From: Nitrospinota bacterium
GTDB lineage: Bacteria > UBA8248
Direction: 5' to 3'
DNA: 21,011 nt
NCBI GenBank assembly: GCA_030754595.1
Contig: JASLZZ010000027.1
Location: forward strand, 1-21,011
The translations under genes were made by a program, and so were the position numbers. This document shows positions 16,811-21,011 of this stretch, in pieces. The notes beneath the pieces are model-generated. The model had not been told where the DNA came from. It did not search any database and saw only the letters and a program-made list of their open reading frames with translations. The stretch's first letter is position 1; every line of letters starts with the position of its first letter.

Positions 16811-16877
16811 GGCGTCTCCTTTTTCGGTTCGCTCCCCCACTTTTCATTATAAATAATAATCGCGGCCCCGGTAATCT
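16772..16877. repeat. copy B of the ~105 bp dispersed direct repeat
   Basis: see 15102-15206; retains minus-strand TTACCG-17-TATAAT and the RBS. Confidence 0.9.
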
Positions 16878-17061
16878 TGATTTTCGAGACTCCGCCGGAC
16901 CTCCGGCCGAGGCAGGTGGTTTATTGTCGAAACCGGATCTTCGGTCGGGATGGACCTCCGGCCGGGATGTAAGAAGTTCCTGTGAGGGAGCGCGAAATTC
17001 CTGTAGAATCCCCACCGAATCAGCTAAACGAGATCGAAATTTTCGCTTTAGGAGGTTTCAG

Positions 17062-18078
17062 ATGGAGTTTGGGCTCATGTTGCGCGGGCAGTTCGAGCAG
17101 GGCGAGGACATGAAGGCGCGCTTCGGGGAGTTGATGGAGCAGGTACGCCGGGCCGATATGCTGGGCTACGCCTCGATCACCAAGGGCTCGCATTACAGCG
17201 CGTATCCGCTTCAGGATTTCCAGCAGCTTCCTTTTCTCGCCCGCGCCTCCGCCGAGGGCCCCAACCTCCGGCTGAACGCGGGACTTGTCCTCCTTTCGCT
17301 CCACAAGCCGCAGGATATTGCCGAGCAGCTCGCCTCGATCGATGTGATGTCCGGCGGAAGGGTTATCTTCGGAGCCGGTCTGGGCTATCGCGAAGTGGAG
17401 TTCAAGGCCTTCGGAACCACCCAAAGCGAGCGGGTGAAGCGCTTCGAGGAGAACCTCGAAGCTGTCAAGCGCCTCTGGACCGAAGAGACGGTCGATATGA
17501 AGGCGTCTCATTTTGAGTTGATGGGGGCGGCTTGTCCGATGAAACCGGTTCAAAGGCCGCATCCTCCTATCTGGATCGGAGCGAACAGCGACCCGGGAAT
17601 CCGGCGTGCCGCCCGGTTGGGGGACTGCTGGTATATCAATCCGCACAATCGCCTCGATACGACCTACCGGCAAATTGAGGTTTACAAGCGGGCGCTGGAT
17701 GAATTGGACAAGCCCTTCCCGGCGGAATTGCCGATGCGGAGGGAGGTATTTGTCGCCCCAACCCGCGAGGAGGCAATCCGGATTTGCAGGCCTTTCCTCG
17801 AGATCAAATACAAGGTTTATCATCAATGGGGTCAGGACAAGGCCATGCCCGAAGGGGACGACAACCTCGGCCTGGATTTCGAGGAACTCATCCGGGACCG
17901 GTTTCTTCTGGGGTCTCTCGACGAAGTGGCGGAGCAGATTGTTGGTCTTTCCCGGGGGCTTGGGGTGAACCATTTCATCATGAGTGTTCAATGGCCGGGA
18001 ATGCCTCAGAGTCTTGTGCTCGAAACCATGCATGCATTGGCAGAGGAGGTGCTCCCCAAAGTTCGGCAAGGGGTGTAG
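17062..18078 (+). CDS. LLM class (luciferase-like) flavin-dependent oxidoreductase
   Basis: 338 aa from ATG 17062 (RBS AGGAGG); AEQLASIDVMSGGR..GAGLGYREVEF, PVQRPHPPIWIGA, RRAARLGD. Confidence 0.93.
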   Translation: MEFGLMLRGQFEQGEDMKARFGELMEQVRRADMLGYASITKGSHYSAYPLQDFQQLPFLARASAEGPNLRLNAGLVLLSLHKPQDIAEQLASIDVMSGGRVIFGAGLGYREVEFKAFGTTQSERVKRFEENLEAVKRLWTEETVDMKASHFELMGAACPMKPVQRPHPPIWIGANSDPGIRRAARLGDCWYINPHNRLDTTYRQIEVYKRALDELDKPFPAELPMRREVFVAPTREEAIRICRPFLEIKYKVYHQWGQDKAMPEGDDNLGLDFEELIRDRFLLGSLDEVAEQIVGLSRGLGVNHFIMSVQWPGMPQSLVLETMHALAEEVLPKVRQGV

Positions 18079-18088
18079 CCGGACTTTG

Positions 18089-18129
18089 GACCAGTTCTGG
18101 AAATGAGCCGGACCCTCAATGAACTGGTC
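18089..18129 (+). terminator. stem-loop downstream of the LLM gene
   Basis: GACCAGTTC (18089-18097) / GAACTGGTC (18121-18129) inverted repeat with an inner TGAG/CTCA stem; no U-tract. Confidence 0.35.
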
Positions 18130-18250
18130 GTGGGAGCCTGCAGTTAACGTACATCGCCCCAATCGGGCGGATAAGAGCCGTCAAGGGCGTCTAATCCCGA
18201 AAATCGGCGTTTTGAATGTTTCTTTAAAGTTGTCGAAGGAGATTATTCAT

Positions 18251-19081
18251 ATGGGCAGCTCGCTTGTTTCCCCCACTTGGTTGGAGGCGAACCTGGAGAA
18301 TCCCTATGTTCGCATCATTGAGGTCTCGTCTTCGGACGATGATTCTAATTATCGGGAATCTCATATCCCAGGCGCCGTGTGGCGATTCTGGAAAGACCTG
18401 TGCTGGCACGAATCCGACCGGGAATTTCCGGCACCGGATGAGATGGCCCGGCGAATGGGGGAGATGGGTATTCGGGGTGATGCCACCGTCATTCTCTACG
18501 GCGATCCCGTCCAGTTCGGCTCCTATGCCTTCTGGGCACTTACGATGGGAGGGGTGAGGAACCTCCGCCTTCTGGACGGCGGACGAAAAGCCTGGGTGGA
18601 GAGTGACCGGCCCGCAACCAAGGAGGTTTCCCCTCTGGAACCCACTGATTACAGCCCCGGCGAGGGAGATTCGTCTATGCGGATGGGGCGCGATGAAGTC
18701 CGCGCCGGCCTGGGAAAGGCCGGGCGCCTTCTTCTCGATGTACGCTCCCCCGAGGAGTACAGCGGCGAGCGCGTCATGCCGCCCCCCAACTTCGACCACG
18801 GGGCCGAGCGGAAAGGGCGCATTCCCGGTGCGAAACACCTTTTTTTCAGGAACGTGGTCAACGAGGACGATGCTTTCAAGAGCGAGACCGAGCTCCGTGC
18901 CCTTTTCGAAGCGGCGGGGATTTCTGAGGCCGGCGAGGTCGTCGCCTACTGCCGCCTCAGCCACAGGGCCACCCTCGTCTGGTTCGCCATGCACCATATC
19001 CTCGGCTACGAGGGCACCCGCATCTACGACGGCTCGTGGACCGAGTGGGGCAGCATCGTCGGCTTCCCGATTGAAAAATAG
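18251..19081 (+). CDS. tandem-domain rhodanese / thiosulfate sulfurtransferase
   Basis: 276 aa from ATG 18251 (RBS AAGGAG); HIPGA, LDGG, LDVRSPEEY, GRIPGA, active-site YCRLSHRA, YDGSWTEWG. Confidence 0.93.
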   Translation: MGSSLVSPTWLEANLENPYVRIIEVSSSDDDSNYRESHIPGAVWRFWKDLCWHESDREFPAPDEMARRMGEMGIRGDATVILYGDPVQFGSYAFWALTMGGVRNLRLLDGGRKAWVESDRPATKEVSPLEPTDYSPGEGDSSMRMGRDEVRAGLGKAGRLLLDVRSPEEYSGERVMPPPNFDHGAERKGRIPGAKHLFFRNVVNEDDAFKSETELRALFEAAGISEAGEVVAYCRLSHRATLVWFAMHHILGYEGTRIYDGSWTEWGSIVGFPIEK

Positions 19082-19147
19082 CCCCGGTCCCGATCTCCAC
19101 CCATAGGGCCTGCGCCTCCTAGGGCGAAAATCTCGATCAGGCGCTCA

Positions 19148-19244
19148 CTCCTCCCGCAGTTGCGGGCAGTTTCGCGGCAAGCCCCGCCGCCGGGCGCGCA
19201 CCTCACCGAATCACCTCCTCCCGCAAATGCGGGCAGCTTCGCGG
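19148..19244. repeat. two 30-bp palindromic REP-like direct repeats, 67-bp period
   Basis: CTCCTCCCGCAGTTGCGGGCAGTTTCGCGG (19148-19177) and CTCCTCCCGCAAATGCGGGCAGCTTCGCGG (19215-19244), 27/30 identical. Confidence 0.85.
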
Positions 19245-19351
19245 TGGCTCGCACAGGCCGCCCCCGAAATCCTTGCCCGGGGCTTCACCGCAATTTCCCC
19301 TTCGTTGACCCCCCATTCGCCAACGGATAGGCTGATTCCGCGCACCGAAAA

Positions 19352-19429
19352 TATCGTCGGATCAGGCTCCCTGGCCGCGAGACGGAGATGACCTTCTGGC
19401 TGGAGAAGGCCGAAAGGGCGCTGAAGTAG
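19352..19429 (+). pseudogene. possible 3' remnant of a TPR-tailed signalling ATPase/cyclase gene
   Basis: reads YRRIRLPGRETEMTFWLEKAERALK*; resembles the recalled C-terminal YRxMxMxFWLxxAE motif; in-frame TAG at 19328 upstream. Confidence 0.35.
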
Positions 19430-19445
19430 GGGGGGTCGACTCGGG

Positions 19446-20072
19446 TCAGTCCCCCTCGAGCCAGCGCCTGGCGGCCTCGCGCGTCTGCTTCGCCCGCTCC
19501 CCGCCCTCGATGACGATATCGGCCGAGGGCGGGTGGCCGCTGCTCTTCTCGTTCCGCCAGCAGTGGTAGCGAAGCGCCCGGGGGTAGGGCGAGAGGTCCA
19601 TCTCCCGGAAATAGCTCTCGGGCACCTCGCCCGGCTTGTGGGGGTCCATCCGGTCCTTCTCGTAGATCATCGTCCGCGCCAAAACGCGCCAGGCGCCCTC
19701 CCGGCGCTCGAAGAGATCGACCACGCTGCTCCAGGTCTGAAAATCGAATTCGTAGACGTTGATCGTCCGCCGCTGGTTGAGGGTCAGGTAATACTCGCAG
19801 ACCGCGCGGTCCCCGCTCAGGGAGACGCGCGGATTCCCAGCGAAGTGTTTCTGGCTGTCGCCGGTGTGGTGGCCGCCCATCATGTTCCGCGAGCTCTCGA
19901 TGAAATCGTGGGCGTTTCCCGAAAACCACGAGACGGTCAGCCGCCCGTCCGGGTGAAAGCACGTCTTCAGCGTGTCCCAGTCGCCGGTGTCGCGGCAGAC
20001 GTGGGATCGCATCGCCACCTCTAGAATTTCTGATTTGTCCGCCGCCGCATGGAGTCTCGCCTCATCGCTCAT
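19446..20072 (-). CDS. SnoaL-like / nuclear transport factor 2 family protein
   Basis: 208 aa from ATG 20072 (AAGGA / GGGAGA upstream); RDTGDWDTLKTCFHPD, GDRAVCE, DLFERREGAWRV..R..IYEKDRMDP. Confidence 0.85.
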   Translation of the reverse strand: MSDEARLHAAADKSEILEVAMRSHVCRDTGDWDTLKTCFHPDGRLTVSWFSGNAHDFIESSRNMMGGHHTGDSQKHFAGNPRVSLSGDRAVCEYYLTLNQRRTINVYEFDFQTWSSVVDLFERREGAWRVLARTMIYEKDRMDPHKPGEVPESYFREMDLSPYPRALRYHCWRNEKSSGHPPSADIVIEGGERAKQTREAARRWLEGD

Positions 20073-20278
20073 TTCCTTATTCTCCCGTTCGCCCTCGGCC
20101 GCTCGACGAATGCGTCGGCCGAGTCCGCCGTCCACATGATGTGCATCTCGCCGTTCTCGTGATAGCAGGCCCGGAGCCGCTCCCAGTCGCCCTGGTCGCG
20201 CGCGAAGCCCTACCCGTTCACCACAGCCGCAATCTCCCGCTCGTCGAGGAGGGATTGAATCAGAGAATCGTCGGGCAC
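20069..20278 (-). pseudogene. truncated SnoaL/NTF2 paralog with an in-frame amber stop
   Basis: RBS AAAGGAG, GTG 20278; VPDDSLIQSLLDEREIAAVVNG*GFARDQGDWERLRACYHENGEMHIMWTADSADAFVERPRANGRIRK*; gap-free alignment to the N-terminus of 19446-20072. Confidence 0.85.
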
Positions 20279-20484
20279 GAGGAGGCTCCTTTGGAGCGGA
20301 AGCTTCCGCTTGGGGGAATATCCCGGCTGCGCGGAATGAAAAGGCGATAGGGAAGGATATAACCCGAGACCCTTCTCCGGCAAACCGGGGGAGGGGAGGC
20401 CTGGAGGAGGGTGCCGCCGGGCTGGCGGCTCAAGAGACGGAGGGAGCGGTTTTGGGGATGAAAAGGCGCCGCGGCTATCTCTTA

Positions 20485-20832
20485 TCAGGCGCGGCTACTA
20501 TTTTTAGCAACCTGCTTCTCCAACTCTTCGAAAAATTTATTCCGCTCGGTCTCATCCATCAGCATGAGAAGGCCGACGTGGTACATGCCGGGGCGCTCCT
20601 TGTCCTCCTGGCTCCAGGCCTTGAGCGCCTTGAGTTTCTCGAAACTCATGCCCGAGACCTTGAAGGAGATTTCGACTTCGGAATTATTCTGGGGGTCGTA
20701 GGGAACGATAATGTGAAACCCGGAGGCCGACACGTTATCGGCGGCGATGGGGGTGTCCGAGAGCGCGGGGATTTCGAGCTCGATGGGTATTTCGTACCGT
20801 GGGTCACGCCGGCTGGCGGTTCGTGCGTTCAT
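20485..20832 (-). CDS. stand-alone PilZ domain protein (c-di-GMP receptor)
   Basis: 115 aa from ATG 20832 (RBS AGGAG); RxxxR motif (RRDPR) and D/NxSxxG motif (NVSASG). Confidence 0.8.
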   Translation of the reverse strand: MNARTASRRDPRYEIPIELEIPALSDTPIAADNVSASGFHIIVPYDPQNNSEVEISFKVSGMSFEKLKALKAWSQEDKERPGMYHVGLLMLMDETERNKFFEELEKQVAKNSSRA

Positions 20833-20927
20833 GAAGAATGCTCCTGGCAAGTCGGGGCCATAGATTATTTAAACCCACATTATGCGGCGGAACAGAGCAA
20901 AAAGAGGCGGGAATCTTTGTAACCATA

Positions 20928-20936
20928 TGATATAAT
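20928..20936 (+). promoter_or_regulatory. extended -10 promoter
   Basis: TGATATAAT matches TGnTATAAT, 32 bp upstream of ATG 20969. Confidence 0.6.
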
Positions 20937-20968
20937 TGGCTAAAATCGCCCGAGCGAGAGGATATCAG

Positions 20969-21011
20969 ATGCTCGGAGATGGTGGCAGCCAAAAAGAGGT
21001 GCTGAGGCCCG
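20969..21011 (+). CDS. probable 5' end of a CDS running off the window
   Basis: GAGAGGA RBS, then ATG; MLGDGGSQKEVLRP is open to the window edge. Confidence 0.4.
   Translation, partial: MLGDGGSQKEVLRP

Noticed and set aside
16741..17061. Long N-terminal extensions of the LLM ORF (from 16741) and the Cys-rich ORF (from 17015); likewise the upstream starts at 11732, 13063, 15192, 18119, 20135 and 20850
   Set aside because: The extensions cross promoter or intergenic DNA or neighbouring genes; downstream starts have better RBSs and family-typical N-termini.
19091..19100. Third copy of the rutB-derived repeat (CGATCTCCAC)
   Set aside because: Only 10 bp match and the flanks are unrelated; consistent with chance.
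19148..19244. CRISPR array call
   Set aside because: Only two imperfect repeats, no leader, no cas genes and no GAAAC-type end; kept as a REP-like repeat.
20210..20212. Pyrrolysine or amber read-through in the SnoaL paralog
   Set aside because: The ORF is truncated regardless, TAG is the normal stop of many genes here, and no pyl genes are present.

Overview
GC-rich bacterial chromosomal window packed with accessory catabolic and transport genes. No rRNA, tRNA, intact mobile element or true CRISPR array was found. Left to right: a MaoC hot-dog dehydratase pair; a convergent two-subunit ADP-forming acyl-CoA ligase whose beta subunit is ATP-citrate-lyase-like but has altered citrate-binding residues and no lyase module; an FbpA/AfuA-type ABC importer operon continuing into a D-2-hydroxyacid dehydrogenase and a ThrC-like PLP enzyme; two aminotransferases (class III and class I/II); two membrane proteins; a RutB-like amidohydrolase; an EamA transporter; a Cys-rich exported protein with a CxxCH motif; an LLM flavin oxidoreductase; a tandem rhodanese; a SnoaL/NTF2 protein preceded by a decayed paralog; and a stand-alone PilZ protein. 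The most unusual structure is a ~105 bp diverged duplication of the rutB promoter, RBS and first 13 codons (15102-15206 vs 16772-16877). The two copies bracket the EamA gene and the Cys-rich gene, and the second copy forms a 19-codon leader whose stop overlaps the Cys-rich gene's start. All family calls come from motif recognition by eye, not database searches.
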